Positions 36,927 to 46,532 of a stretch of 64,000 nt of DNA are shown piece by piece; the stretch's first letter is position 1, and each line of letters opens with the position of its first letter. Source of the stretch: a virus. Taxonomy: Duplodnaviria > Caudoviricetes. Location: positions 3,410 to 67,409 of IMG/VR virus record IMGVR_UViG_2690315746_000005, one strand, 5' to 3'. A program made the translations under genes and the position numbers. The notes below the pieces were generated by a model that worked only from the letters and a program-made list of their open reading frames with translations, was not told where the DNA came from and made no database searches.

Positions 36927-37877
36927 ATGCGTGGCCAGCAGCTTCTCCACGACGCGCCGCGAGCCCTGGCCTTCCTGGTCAGCCAGCAGGCGTTCATCGA
37001 GCCGACCGTCTACCGGACGCAGTACCCGGCGATCCGCTACCAGCGGCTGATCCCCGTCGACACGGCCGCGCCGGAGTGGATCCCGGCGGTGACCTACTTT
37101 TCCATGGACCAGGTCGGCGCCGCCAGGTGGGTGACCGGCAACGCCCAGGACGTGCCGCGGGCCGACGTCAAGCGCAACATCTTCGAGACGACCGTTTCGA
37201 TGGCCGGCATCGGCTACGGCTACGACCTCGAGGAGCTCGGCAAGGCCCAGCTGCTCGGCATGTCCCTCGACGCCGACAAGGCGGCGGCCGCGCGGCAGGC
37301 CTCCGAGGAGTTCATCGACAAGACCGCGCTCTTCGGCGACACCGCGAAGGGCTACGACGGCCTGGTCAACAACCCGGCGGTGACCGCGGGCTCGGCCCCG
37401 CCCACCGGGGCGGCCGGCAGCACGCAGTTCAAGGACAAGACCGCGGAGCAGGTCACCGCGGACGTCAACGGCGCCATCACCGGCGTCTTCGTCGGCTCGA
37501 ACACCGTCGAGCTCGCCGACACGCTGCTGCTGCCCTACCAGATCATGATCGACCTCAGCATCCGGCGCATCGATCCGATGAGCCAGATGACGGTGCTCGA
37601 CTGGATCCGCCGCAACAACATCTTCACGATGGAGACCGGCCAGCCGCTCGACATCATCGGCGTGCGCGGCCTCGAGACGGCCGGCGCCGGCGGCACCGCC
37701 CGCCTGATGGCCTACCGGCGCGATCCGACCGTCCTCAAGCTGTGGCTGCCGATGCCGTTCCGGTTCTTCCCGGCCTGGCAGACCGGCCCGTGGCGCTTCG
37801 ACGTCCCCGGCGCCTTCCGCTTCGGCGGCACCGACATCCGCCGCCCGGGGGCCTGCCGCTACCTCGACGGCCTGTAG
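36927..37877 (+). CDS. Major capsid protein (DUF2184 family)
   Basis: FLVSQ...IEP.VY, GYGYDLEEL, ALFGD...YDGLVNNP, ends RYLDGL. Confidence 0.9.
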   Translation: MRGQQLLHDAPRALAFLVSQQAFIEPTVYRTQYPAIRYQRLIPVDTAAPEWIPAVTYFSMDQVGAARWVTGNAQDVPRADVKRNIFETTVSMAGIGYGYDLEELGKAQLLGMSLDADKAAAARQASEEFIDKTALFGDTAKGYDGLVNNPAVTAGSAPPTGAAGSTQFKDKTAEQVTADVNGAITGVFVGSNTVELADTLLLPYQIMIDLSIRRIDPMSQMTVLDWIRRNNIFTMETGQPLDIIGVRGLETAGAGGTARLMAYRRDPTVLKLWLPMPFRFFPAWQTGPWRFDVPGAFRFGGTDIRRPGACRYLDGL

Positions 37878-37960
37878 GGGCGTCCGCGCCCCTTCCACCC
37901 TTCCCGCAGATCGGCGCGTCGCGCCGCCGGGCGCCGCAGGCGGCCCGAGGAGCATCCATC

Positions 37961-38527
37961 ATGGTCGACATCACCAACCGGGCGGCCGGCCCGCGCGTCT
38001 TGTACATCAAGGGCGGCAACGGCGAGCCGGTCGCCCGGACCCTGGCCCGCGGCGAGACCGCCGACCTTGACCTGCACCGCGGGCCGGACAAGGACCCGGT
38101 CCTCAAGGGCTATCTGGACGCGGGCGAGATCATCCTGGGCCCGGCGCCGGCCGAGCCGGGCCAGCCGTCCCAGGAGCAGCTGATGGCCGCCTGGCAGGAG
38201 CGCCAGCGGATGGCCGAGGCCTTCGCGCTGCTCCACGAGCGCGTGCAGGACCTGGAGGCCGAGAACCGTCGCCTGCGCGAGGCCGCGGCCGGCTCGAACC
38301 AGGCGCCGGGCGGCCAGCAGGGCTCGGACCCGACCGGCGGCCAGGGCGACTCGCAGGGTGGCGGCGAGACCACCAAGCCGGCTGCCCCGAACTTCGACAC
38401 CATGTCGGACGACGACCTGAAGGCCTTCCTCGTCGCCCGCGAGGTCACGCCCGGCGCGTGGCAGCGCAAGCGGCTGCTCACCGAGGCCGAGGCCGTCAAG
38501 GACGTGAAGCCCGGCGAGGCGGCCTGA
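37961..38527 (+). CDS. Hypothetical virion-module protein
   Basis: MVDITNRAAGPR...; GAGGAG RBS; C-terminal FDTMSDDDLKAFL (HeH-like). Confidence 0.7.
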   Translation: MVDITNRAAGPRVLYIKGGNGEPVARTLARGETADLDLHRGPDKDPVLKGYLDAGEIILGPAPAEPGQPSQEQLMAAWQERQRMAEAFALLHERVQDLEAENRRLREAAAGSNQAPGGQQGSDPTGGQGDSQGGGETTKPAAPNFDTMSDDDLKAFLVAREVTPGAWQRKRLLTEAEAVKDVKPGEAA

Positions 38528-38531
38528 CGCC

Positions 38532-38918
38532 ATGGCCTGGACCGAGCCCACGGTGGCGGACGTTCGCGCCCGATTCCCTGCGTTCGCGAGCGTCCCCGAC
38601 GCCGCGATCCAGCCGGCGCTCGCCGAGGCTCTGGTCCAGGTCGATGCCACATGGCCCGACGCCGCCCGGACGTCGGGCGCGCTCCTCTACGCCGCCCACA
38701 TCCTGACCCTCGACGGGCAGGGCGGCGGCGTCGAGGCCGAGATCGCCAAGGCCGGCGCCCTCGGCTTCACCTCGTTCCGGTCCGGCGCGCTGTCGCTGGA
38801 CCGCGGCACGGCGGCGGGCGGCGGGGGCGGCTCGTCCGACCCGCTCGAGCAGACCTCCTACGGGCGCCGGTTCTCGGAGATGGTCCGGGCCCGGTTCCCC
38901 GGCGTGCTGGTGGTGTGA
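38532..38918 (+). CDS. DUF4054 head-tail adaptor
   Basis: RARFPAF..VPD, LYAAHIL, QTSYGRRF. Confidence 0.85.
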   Translation: MAWTEPTVADVRARFPAFASVPDAAIQPALAEALVQVDATWPDAARTSGALLYAAHILTLDGQGGGVEAEIAKAGALGFTSFRSGALSLDRGTAAGGGGGSSDPLEQTSYGRRFSEMVRARFPGVLVV

Positions 38919-38922
38919 CGCG

Positions 38923-39294
38923 ATGGGCCTGCTCGACGGCGGCCTCGCCGGGATCTTCGGCGCGGCGTTCTCCGGGATCTACCTGCCCGGCACCCTGCAT
39001 CGCGCCACGCTCACCCGCGGCGAGGACAAGCGCGTCACCGGGACCGGCTTCGACGACGTGCCGATGCGCTACCAGCCGAACGCGATCAGCGCCGAGGCCC
39101 GCGCCCGCGCTGGCATCCCGGCCGACGTCGTCCTGCTGCTGATCCTGACGGCCGGCCTCGGCCCGGGGGTGACGACCGAGGACGAGGTCACGATCGACAC
39201 CGGCCGTTACCGCATCCTCTCGGCCTCGCTCGACCCGGCCCGCAGCCACTACGACGTGCGGGCCGTGCCTACCGATCCGCCCGAGACGCCCTGA
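38923..39294 (+). CDS. Head-closure protein
   Basis: Position; ends YRILSASLDPA..HY. Confidence 0.7.
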   Translation: MGLLDGGLAGIFGAAFSGIYLPGTLHRATLTRGEDKRVTGTGFDDVPMRYQPNAISAEARARAGIPADVVLLLILTAGLGPGVTTEDEVTIDTGRYRILSASLDPARSHYDVRAVPTDPPETP

Positions 39295-40292
39295 TGCCGG
39301 TCTTCCGAGGGCTCGGCACCCTGCTCGACGCCTGGGCTCCGAAGGTCGCGCAGGCGTTCCAGCGGGTCGTTGCCGACATCAAGGGGCTGGTCCAGCCCAG
39401 CCACGTCGCCGCCCGACTCGTGGCGGTCGGCCCGGACGCCGCTGCGACCGCGGTGCCGCTTCAGCCCGCCTTGTTCCGCCCGCTCGACCAAGCGATCGAG
39501 CAGGCGTTCGAGGGCGGCGGCAAGGCTACGATCGACGCCCTGCCGGCCGCCCGCGGCCCGGACGGGGGTCGGATCCGGACCATTTTCGACATCCGCAGCC
39601 CTGCCGCCGAGGCTTGGCTGCGCGACCACTCCTCGACCCTGGTGCGGGAGATCATCGACGACCAGCGCGCCGCGATCCGAGCGCGTCTCGTCGCCGGCAT
39701 GGAGGCGGGCCGCAACCCGCGCGACGTCGCGCTCGACCTCGTCGGCCGGGTCGATCGCGCGACCGGGCGGCGGGTGGGCGGCATCATCGGCCTGACGGCC
39801 TACCAGGAGGCGATCGTCAGGAACTACGCCGCCGAACTCGCCCGCGCGGATGCGGCGGCTCTGGACCGGCAGCTGCGCGATCCTCGGTACGACGGCGCCC
39901 TGAAGCGTGCGATTGCCGAGGGCAAGCCGCTCGCCGCGGACCAGATCACCAGGATGGTCGCCGCCTACGAGAGCCGGATGCTCCGGCACCGGGGCGAGAC
40001 GATCGCCAAGACCGAGACCACCCCGGCGCTCTACGAGGCCCGCATCCAGGCGCTGGAACAGGCGAGCGCGTCGGGCCGGATCGACATCGGCGAGGTCCGC
40101 AAGCGCTGGCGCGACTCGGGCGGCCCGAACGTCCGGCACACCCACCGCCTTCTGAACGGGCAGACGGTCCCCGCCCGGGCGTCCTTCGTGAGTTCGAGCG
40201 GCGCCATCCTGCGCTATCCGGCCGACCCGCGGGCGCCCGCTGCCGAGCGGGTCAACTGCGAATGCGACATCGAGATCCTGTTCGGTAGGTGA
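39294..40292 (+). CDS. MuF/gp7-like minor head protein
   Basis: RGETIAKTET, KRW.......VRHTH..LNGQ, LRYPADP......VNCEC. Confidence 0.85.
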   Translation: MPVFRGLGTLLDAWAPKVAQAFQRVVADIKGLVQPSHVAARLVAVGPDAAATAVPLQPALFRPLDQAIEQAFEGGGKATIDALPAARGPDGGRIRTIFDIRSPAAEAWLRDHSSTLVREIIDDQRAAIRARLVAGMEAGRNPRDVALDLVGRVDRATGRRVGGIIGLTAYQEAIVRNYAAELARADAAALDRQLRDPRYDGALKRAIAEGKPLAADQITRMVAAYESRMLRHRGETIAKTETTPALYEARIQALEQASASGRIDIGEVRKRWRDSGGPNVRHTHRLLNGQTVPARASFVSSSGAILRYPADPRAPAAERVNCECDIEILFGR

Positions 40293-40295
40293 GTT

Positions 40296-40709
40296 ATGGC
40301 CCGAGGCAGCGTCACCAACGTCTCGCGCGTAAACGCGAAGCTGGACGACCTCTCGCGCGCCGCCCGCCGAGAAGTGAGCCAGTCCGTGTTCAAGGGCGCC
40401 CAGCGGATCGCGAACCGCGCCGCCCACCTCATCAAGGACGGTGCCGTCTCGGGCGCCGGCCACGTCCCCTCCGCCCCGGGCCAGCCGCCGAACGCCGATA
40501 CGCACTACCTCGACCGGTCGATTCATGTGGTCAAGGTCGAAGAACTTGCCGCCGAAGTCCGCGTCACCGCCGGCTATGCGGCCGATCTGGAGCGCGGCAA
40601 CTCGAAGATGGCGGCCCGCCCCTTCATGGCGCCCGCGGTGCGGCAGGAGCAGGACGCGGCCGCGGTCGACTTCCTCGAAGGCCTCGCCAAGGCCCGGGGC
40701 CTGCGCTGA
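40296..40709 (+). CDS. HK97 gp10-like neck protein
   Basis: SAPGQPPNADT..L..SI, YAADLERG.SKMAARPFMAPA. Confidence 0.85.
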   Translation: MARGSVTNVSRVNAKLDDLSRAARREVSQSVFKGAQRIANRAAHLIKDGAVSGAGHVPSAPGQPPNADTHYLDRSIHVVKVEELAAEVRVTAGYAADLERGNSKMAARPFMAPAVRQEQDAAAVDFLEGLAKARGLR

Positions 40710-41131
40710 TGGCGTCGCGCGATTTCTCGGACGCCCTGACCTCGGCGGCGATGAAGGCCCTGGCCGACGATCCGGGCGTCGCCGCGATCGTCGGCGACCG
40801 CGTGCGGGACTACGTCGAGGACAAGCCGCGATGGCCGTTCCTGCGCCTCGACCCGGTGACGGTCACCCCCTGGGAGGCGTCTTGCTGGGTCGGGATGGAG
40901 GCGGAACTGGTGATCCACTCTTTCGTCCGCGCCGATCGCAGCAGCCGCGGCGTGCAGCGCCTCAACGCCGCTGTGGTCGCTGCCCTCGACGAGGCCGCCT
41001 TGCCGCTCTCCGAGGGCAACCTGATCGGCCTCGACCATCGCGGCTCGACGACGGGTCCCGACACCGCGGAGCCGGCCTCCTGGCACGGCATCATCCGCTT
41101 CCGCGCGCTCGTGGTCGAAGTCACGGACTGA
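40709..41131 (+). CDS. DUF3168 tail-completion protein
   Basis: AIVGDRVRD, WPFLRL, HGIIRFRA. Confidence 0.8.
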   Translation: MASRDFSDALTSAAMKALADDPGVAAIVGDRVRDYVEDKPRWPFLRLDPVTVTPWEASCWVGMEAELVIHSFVRADRSSRGVQRLNAAVVAALDEAALPLSEGNLIGLDHRGSTTGPDTAEPASWHGIIRFRALVVEVTD

Positions 41132-41156
41132 TCCCGCCCACCCGCAGAGGCACCCC

Positions 41157-41360
41157 ATGGCACAGAAGGTCAGGTTCAAGCGCGACTGGGAGTATTGGCC
41201 CAGGTCGGGCGTCGTGATGATGTACGCCAAGGGCGAGGAGAAGCGCCTGCCCCAGGTTCAAGTCGATGCCGCGCTCGCCGACAAGGCCGCCGAGCTGATC
41301 GACCCCCAGGCCAAGCCGGAAGACGACGCTCCGGACGCCACCGACAATCCCGCCACCTGA
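41157..41360 (+). CDS. Small hypothetical tail-module protein
   Basis: 67 aa with GAGG RBS. Confidence 0.6.
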   Translation: MAQKVRFKRDWEYWPRSGVVMMYAKGEEKRLPQVQVDAALADKAAELIDPQAKPEDDAPDATDNPAT

Positions 41361-41371
41361 AAGGACAGGTC

Positions 41372-41821
41372 ATGACCCAGGCGACCACGCGCAGCTTCGC
41401 GGCCTATCAGCTGCTCCTCGAAAGCTCGACCACCACCGGTACCTTCGTGGCGCCGTGCGGCCTCACCGAGCGATCGGTCCAGTTCACCAAGGATTTGAGC
41501 GACACCAACGTGCCCGACTGCGATAACGAGGACGCAGCCTCGTGGACGCAGCGCGACGTGGTGTCGAAGAGCGTCCGCATCTCGGGCCAGGGCGTCATGG
41601 CCCTGGAGAGCGAGCCCCGGTGGCGCGCGGCCTACGAGAGCGATCAGCCGGTGAACGTGCGGATCAACAAGACCGGCAACAAGGCGGCCGGCGGCGGCTA
41701 CTGGCTCGGCCAGTTCCACCTCAGCTCATTCGAGGACGGCGCGACCAAGGGCAACAAGGTCACCAAGACGATCGAGATGCAGTCGACGGGGCCCGTCGTC
41801 TGGACCGACGCGGCGGCCTGA
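41372..41821 (+). CDS. Major tail tube protein
   Basis: FVAPCGLTER, VPDCDNED, ISGQGV, IEMQSTG.V.W. Confidence 0.85.
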   Translation: MTQATTRSFAAYQLLLESSTTTGTFVAPCGLTERSVQFTKDLSDTNVPDCDNEDAASWTQRDVVSKSVRISGQGVMALESEPRWRAAYESDQPVNVRINKTGNKAAGGGYWLGQFHLSSFEDGATKGNKVTKTIEMQSTGPVVWTDAAA

Positions 41822-41823
41822 CC

Positions 41824-42198
41824 ATGGCTCGCCGCACCAGCATCGATCTCCCGTTCGGCGACGCGGAGCATCACTTCCACCTCGACATCCCGCGGCTGAA
41901 GCAGCTGCAGGAGAAGTGCAACGCCGGGCCGCCGGAGATCCTGGCCCGGCTCGCCGATGGGCGGGCCCGGGTCGAGGATGCGCAGGAGACCATCCGCCTC
42001 GGGCTCATCGGCGGCGGGATGCCGGCGCAGCAGGCCCTGAAGCTCATCCAGGATTATGCGGGCGACGACACCCCGCTCGTCGAGGTGATCGCGACGGCGC
42101 TGATGGTGCTGGCGGCCGCCGTGTTCGGGAATCCCCCGCCGCCGCCCGTGCCCAAGGAGGGGGGCGACGAGGGAAACCGGGAGGCGGCGACCTCGTAG
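41824..42198 (+). CDS. Tail assembly chaperone (gpG-like)
   Basis: FGDAEHHFHL, ETIRLGLIGGGM; slippery G GGA AAC at 42171-42177. Confidence 0.85.
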   Translation: MARRTSIDLPFGDAEHHFHLDIPRLKQLQEKCNAGPPEILARLADGRARVEDAQETIRLGLIGGGMPAQQALKLIQDYAGDDTPLVEVIATALMVLAAAVFGNPPPPPVPKEGGDEGNREAATS

Positions 42199-42392
42199 CG
42201 ACCGACGACGGCCGCATCGATTTCGCCGCGATCCGCGCGAGCGCCCTGATCATCGGGCTTCATAGCCTCGACGGCATGTCCGTCGAGGAGTTCAACGAGG
42301 TGGTTCGGGCCTGGAACCGGGCGCAAGACCCGGACAAGGCGCCTCTCAGCGACGGGGAGATCGACGCCCTGTCGGATTGGATGGGGATCTGA
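42171..42392 (+). CDS. gpGT-like extension reached by -1 frameshift
   Basis: -1 frame open from GGGAAAC: GKPGGGDLVATDDGRIDF...GMSVEEF...WN. Confidence 0.75.
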   Translation, partial: GKPGGGDLVATDDGRIDFAAIRASALIIGLHSLDGMSVEEFNEVVRAWNRAQDPDKAPLSDGEIDALSDWMGI

Positions 42393-42403
42393 GCGCCCGC
42401 CGG

Positions 42404-42838
42404 TCACCGGCGCTCGTAGCCATAAAGCTCCCAGGCGCCGAGCTTCTGGTATCCGCGCTCTTCGGTGTACCCGAGGCGCTTGAGGCCGCGGAGAGCGCGC
42501 ATGGTGGCGGCGCCGCGGGTCAGCGCGGCGTCCTGAACGTCGAGGTTCGTCACAGCGGAAAACGCGCCGTCAAGATCACCGGCAACGCGGTGCAGGGCGT
42601 AGCAGTATATCAGTGTAATTTCCGATCGGCCCTTGGCAAATTTCCGGTAGCAATCATCAATACCGGACTTCATACCCGAAACCCCGGCCCCTTTCACCGT
42701 CGCCTTCATCTCCCGCTCGGCTTGATCGAATGCCGACTTGTACTCGGCGTGGTCGGTGATTTCCGCCGAAGCAGGTCTTGACACGTACAGCGCGACGAGA
42801 AGGGCGCCTGCAATTTGACGCACGTCGGGATACCTCAT
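42404..42838 (-). CDS. Exported protein, antisense moron
   Basis: Signal-like MRYPDVRQIAGALLVALYVSRPASA; Cys pair; lower GC. Confidence 0.65.
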   Translation of the reverse strand: MRYPDVRQIAGALLVALYVSRPASAEITDHAEYKSAFDQAEREMKATVKGAGVSGMKSGIDDCYRKFAKGRSEITLIYCYALHRVAGDLDGAFSAVTNLDVQDAALTRGAATMRALRGLKRLGYTEERGYQKLGAWELYGYERR

Positions 42839-45800
42839 GGCGAACGACCTTCCTCCTCTCGTCCAGCGCGTCGAAGCCGACCTCTCCGGCCTGGAGCGGG
42901 GGTTTGATCGCGCCGGGCGGCAGGTAGAGCAGTTCGGACGGGATGGTGCCAAGGCCGGCGAGATGGCGGCGCGCGGGTTCGAGCGTGCGCTGAACACCGT
43001 CAACAGCAATGCGCGCCTGTCCGCGCACCAGTTGCAGAACCTGTCCTACCAGGCCAACGACGTATTCACGTCGCTGGCTTCGGGGGCGCCGGTCCTGCAG
43101 GTGCTCGCCCAGCAGGGCGGGCAGGTCTACCAGGCCCTCGCCGACACCCCCGGCGGCGCGGCGGCCGGCGTCAAGGATCTCGCTCGCCGCACCGGTGCTC
43201 TGCTGACCCCCGCTCGCCTCGCCGCCGGCGGCATGGTCACCATCGGAGCCGCCGCCGCGCTGCTCGGGGTCCGCTGGGACAACGCCCAGAGCAAGATCGA
43301 ACTCGGCCTGTCCGGCGTCGGCAAGGCGTCAGGCGCGACGGTCCGCCAGATCAACGAAATCTCCGAGGCAGCGGCCTCCTCCGGCCGGATGACGGCGAGT
43401 GCCGCGCGCGAGGCCGCCACCGCGATCGCTGCGACCGGCAAGGTGGACGCATCGAACCTTCCGGCCGTCCTGAACCTTGCGCCCGGCTACGCGAAGCTGT
43501 TCGGCAAGGACATGGCCGAGGCCGGCGCGGACCTCGCCCGGATCTTCGCCGACCCGGTGAAGGGCGCCGACGAGCTCGACGCGCGCCTCGGCATCCTCGA
43601 CGACCGGACCCGGCAGTACATCCGCACGCTGGCCGCCCAGGGCGACCGCCAGGGCGCGATCCGCACGCTGGCGCAGCTGGCCCAGCCCGAACTCGACCGC
43701 GTCGCCGCCAAGACCTCGCTGTGGGCCCGGGCCTGGAACAGCGTCGAGGCCGCGGCCGACGCCGCCGGCCGGGCGGTCGTCCAGGCGACCACCGGCGGAT
43801 CGCTCGACGAGCGCCTCCGCGAGGCCGAGCGGCGTCGGTCTTCAGCGAGCGCGGCCGCGGCGCAGTCCGGAAACGCCAACCCGGTCGACCAGTCGTATGT
43901 CGCGGAGCTTCGTCGGCAGGGCCTCTCGGATCGGCAGATCCAGCAGGAGGTGAACCCGATCGCGCCCGGCGCCGTCGACAACGCCCGCGGTCTCGCCAAG
44001 GCGCTTGCGGACGCGGAGGCGCAGGCGGAGGACCTGAACGAGCAGGCGCGTCGGCAGGGCGCCCAGGGGTTCAACGACACGGAGAACGCGATCGCACGCG
44101 ACCGGTCCAAGCAGGCCGGCGAAGCGACGAGGGCGGTCAACGTCGAGGCCGAGTCGATCGAGGCCCTGGAAAACCGCTACAAGGCGTTGAAGGTGGCGAC
44201 CGAGAGCAATCGGACCGCCGGGATGCTCGACAATGCCGACCAGGCGCGGGCCTCGGTCGACGCGCTCGGGCAGCGCCTCCAGCAGCTCAAGGAGGACTAC
44301 GCGGCGGGCGGCTCCGCCGCGGCTGCCGCGGCACGGGCCGCCAACTTCCAGCAGGCCACCGCCGGGCTCTCGACCTACGCTCGCGGCCTGATGGAGGTGA
44401 ATCGCCAGTTCGACGAGCTGCGCCGGACGGCGATCGCGACCACCGATGCTGCCAATCTCCCCGGCGCGCTGGCGCGGATCGAAGCTGCCCGCGGGGCGGC
44501 AACAGGTGCGTTCAACCGCGAGACGCAGGACCGGGCCCGCGGGCAGATCGCGATCCCGGGCGACTATTACGGGGCGATACGATCCGCCGAGTCGAGCGGC
44601 GTCGACACGGCACGGAGCTTCACCGGCGCCGTCGGTCGCTACCAGTTCACCGAGGGCACTTGGCTCGAGCTATTCAAGAAGGAGAAGGATGCCCGCTTCG
44701 CCGAGATCGCGCGGAAGTACAGCGATCCCGAGGGTGCCGACCGCGGCAAGGTGCGAGCCGATGTGCTGGCGCTGCGCACCGACCCCGATCTACAGGAGGA
44801 GCTTGTCCGGGCTCTGACGCAGCGCAATGCTGCCGCCCTCGATCGAGAGGGGTTCGCCGCGTCGAGCCGCAACCTCTACCTCGCGCACAACATCGGAGCC
44901 GGCGGGGCATCGGCGCTGCTGCGAGCCGAGCGTGATGGTCGTGGCGGCGCCAGCGCACAAGGTGTTCTCGACCCTATCGACCCTCGGCTCGTTTCCTCGA
45001 ACCGGGCTTACTATGCCGGCAAGACGGTCGACGAAGCGCTGGCGACGGTCGATGCGAAGGCGCGCGGCGGATCGGCGGCGTCCCGGGCCCAGCAGGATCG
45101 TGCCCGGGCCCTCGACGCCGAGGCCGCGGCGACCGGCAAGGCCGTTTCCGAGCGCGAACGTCTGGCCTCCATTGAGGAGCAACTGACCCAGGCCCGCGAG
45201 AAAGGTGAGGAGGTCGCGGCCAGGTTCAAGAACGCCGACGAGCTGCTCAAGAACGGCACCACCGGACTGACGGGAGAGGTCAAGGCGCAAACGGAGGAGA
45301 TCCTTCGCAACGCCAATGCCCGCGCCCAGGCCTCGACCCGCTCGCAGACCGCGGCGTTCGGGCTCGACCTCCGCGACCAGTATGGCGCCCTCGGCCGCAC
45401 GCCGGGCGAGCAGCAGGACTACCTCACCGCACGCCGGTTCGGCGCCGAGGGGACGGGCGAGTTCAACAAGGCCTACGGCCAGTTGCAGGACCTGCGCGAC
45501 CTGACCACCACGAAGGCCGATGCCGGCGGCTTCCTGAAGTCGATCAACAACGACCTCCTCCGCGGCGCGTCACTGGCCGACGCCATGAGCAACGCCCTGA
45601 GCGGGCTGATCGCAAAGGCGGGGGACCGCGCCATCGACGGCCTCCTGAACCTGGCGTTCGGCGGCGGTAGCGGGGGCAGCAGCAGCGGTAACGGCGGCCT
45701 CATCGGGTCTCTGATCGGCGCGCTGTCGGGTGGCGTGAAAGCGGCTACCGGCGGCCGTGTCTCCGGGCCCGGCTCGGGCACCTCCGACAGCATCGCGGCC

Positions 45801-46151
45801 CGCCTCTCGAACGGCGAGTATGTGGTCAACGCCGCGTCGACCCGCGCCAACCTGCCCCTGCTCGAGGCCATCAACTCCGGCCGGGCTCGCCGCTTCGCCA
45901 CCGGCGGCCTCGTCGGTGCCATGCCGTCGGTCGCGGCGGCCAGGCCCGCCCTTGCCGGCGGCGGTACCTTCAACCTGATCGACCAGCGCCCAGCCGGCTC
46001 GCCTGATCTGGCGCCGACCTCGCGCCGCAACTCCTCCGGGGGCACCGACGTGATCTTGCGTCAAGCCGAGAGCGGATTGGCCGGCCGGGGCCGGCGCGGT
46101 CAAGGCCCGCTCGCCCCCGTCTTCAACAGCGCCGCCACCCGCATCGGCTGA
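42837..46151 (+). CDS. Tape measure protein with lysozyme-like domain
   Basis: NLSYQANDVFTSLASG...QQGGQ; IRSAESSG...AVGRYQFTEGTW...LYLAHNIG; ATGG.VSGPGSGTSDSI.ARLSNGEYV. Confidence 0.92.
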   Translation: MANDLPPLVQRVEADLSGLERGFDRAGRQVEQFGRDGAKAGEMAARGFERALNTVNSNARLSAHQLQNLSYQANDVFTSLASGAPVLQVLAQQGGQVYQALADTPGGAAAGVKDLARRTGALLTPARLAAGGMVTIGAAAALLGVRWDNAQSKIELGLSGVGKASGATVRQINEISEAAASSGRMTASAAREAATAIAATGKVDASNLPAVLNLAPGYAKLFGKDMAEAGADLARIFADPVKGADELDARLGILDDRTRQYIRTLAAQGDRQGAIRTLAQLAQPELDRVAAKTSLWARAWNSVEAAADAAGRAVVQATTGGSLDERLREAERRRSSASAAAAQSGNANPVDQSYVAELRRQGLSDRQIQQEVNPIAPGAVDNARGLAKALADAEAQAEDLNEQARRQGAQGFNDTENAIARDRSKQAGEATRAVNVEAESIEALENRYKALKVATESNRTAGMLDNADQARASVDALGQRLQQLKEDYAAGGSAAAAAARAANFQQATAGLSTYARGLMEVNRQFDELRRTAIATTDAANLPGALARIEAARGAATGAFNRETQDRARGQIAIPGDYYGAIRSAESSGVDTARSFTGAVGRYQFTEGTWLELFKKEKDARFAEIARKYSDPEGADRGKVRADVLALRTDPDLQEELVRALTQRNAAALDREGFAASSRNLYLAHNIGAGGASALLRAERDGRGGASAQGVLDPIDPRLVSSNRAYYAGKTVDEALATVDAKARGGSAASRAQQDRARALDAEAAATGKAVSERERLASIEEQLTQAREKGEEVAARFKNADELLKNGTTGLTGEVKAQTEEILRNANARAQASTRSQTAAFGLDLRDQYGALGRTPGEQQDYLTARRFGAEGTGEFNKAYGQLQDLRDLTTTKADAGGFLKSINNDLLRGASLADAMSNALSGLIAKAGDRAIDGLLNLAFGGGSGGSSSGNGGLIGSLIGALSGGVKAATGGRVSGPGSGTSDSIAARLSNGEYVVNAASTRANLPLLEAINSGRARRFATGGLVGAMPSVAAARPALAGGGTFNLIDQRPAGSPDLAPTSRRNSSGGTDVILRQAESGLAGRGRRGQGPLAPVFNSAATRIG

Positions 46152-46156
46152 TCCGC

Positions 46157-46528
46157 ATGGCCCTTCCCACCTGGCCCGCCAGCCTGCCGCCGCCCGTTGG
46201 GCAGATCGGCACGCTCGGCACCGATGCCCTCTATGATCCGCCGCAGGAGACGCAGTTCGATGACGGCCCGGACCGGGTCAGGCGGCGTAAGCTCTACGAC
46301 GAGACGCCCAGGAAGATCGTCCTGAAGCTCACCCGCGACCAATTCGTGATCTTCCGGGGCTTCGTCCGCGACACGCTGAATGCCGGCACGCGCCGGTTCA
46401 CCGCGCCCGTGCGCCAGCCGGACGGCCGGCTCGGCTTCCGCACCTGCCGGATCAAGGGGGCCGTGTCCGAGGATGATCGCGGGCCGCACAGCGTGGTCAG
46501 CTTCACGCTGATCGTTAAGGATTGGTGA
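46157..46528 (+). CDS. Distal/minor tail protein
   Basis: WPASLP, TQFDDGP.R.RR; follows TMP. Confidence 0.75.
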   Translation: MALPTWPASLPPPVGQIGTLGTDALYDPPQETQFDDGPDRVRRRKLYDETPRKIVLKLTRDQFVIFRGFVRDTLNAGTRRFTAPVRQPDGRLGFRTCRIKGAVSEDDRGPHSVVSFTLIVKDW

Positions 46529-46532
46529 CGCC

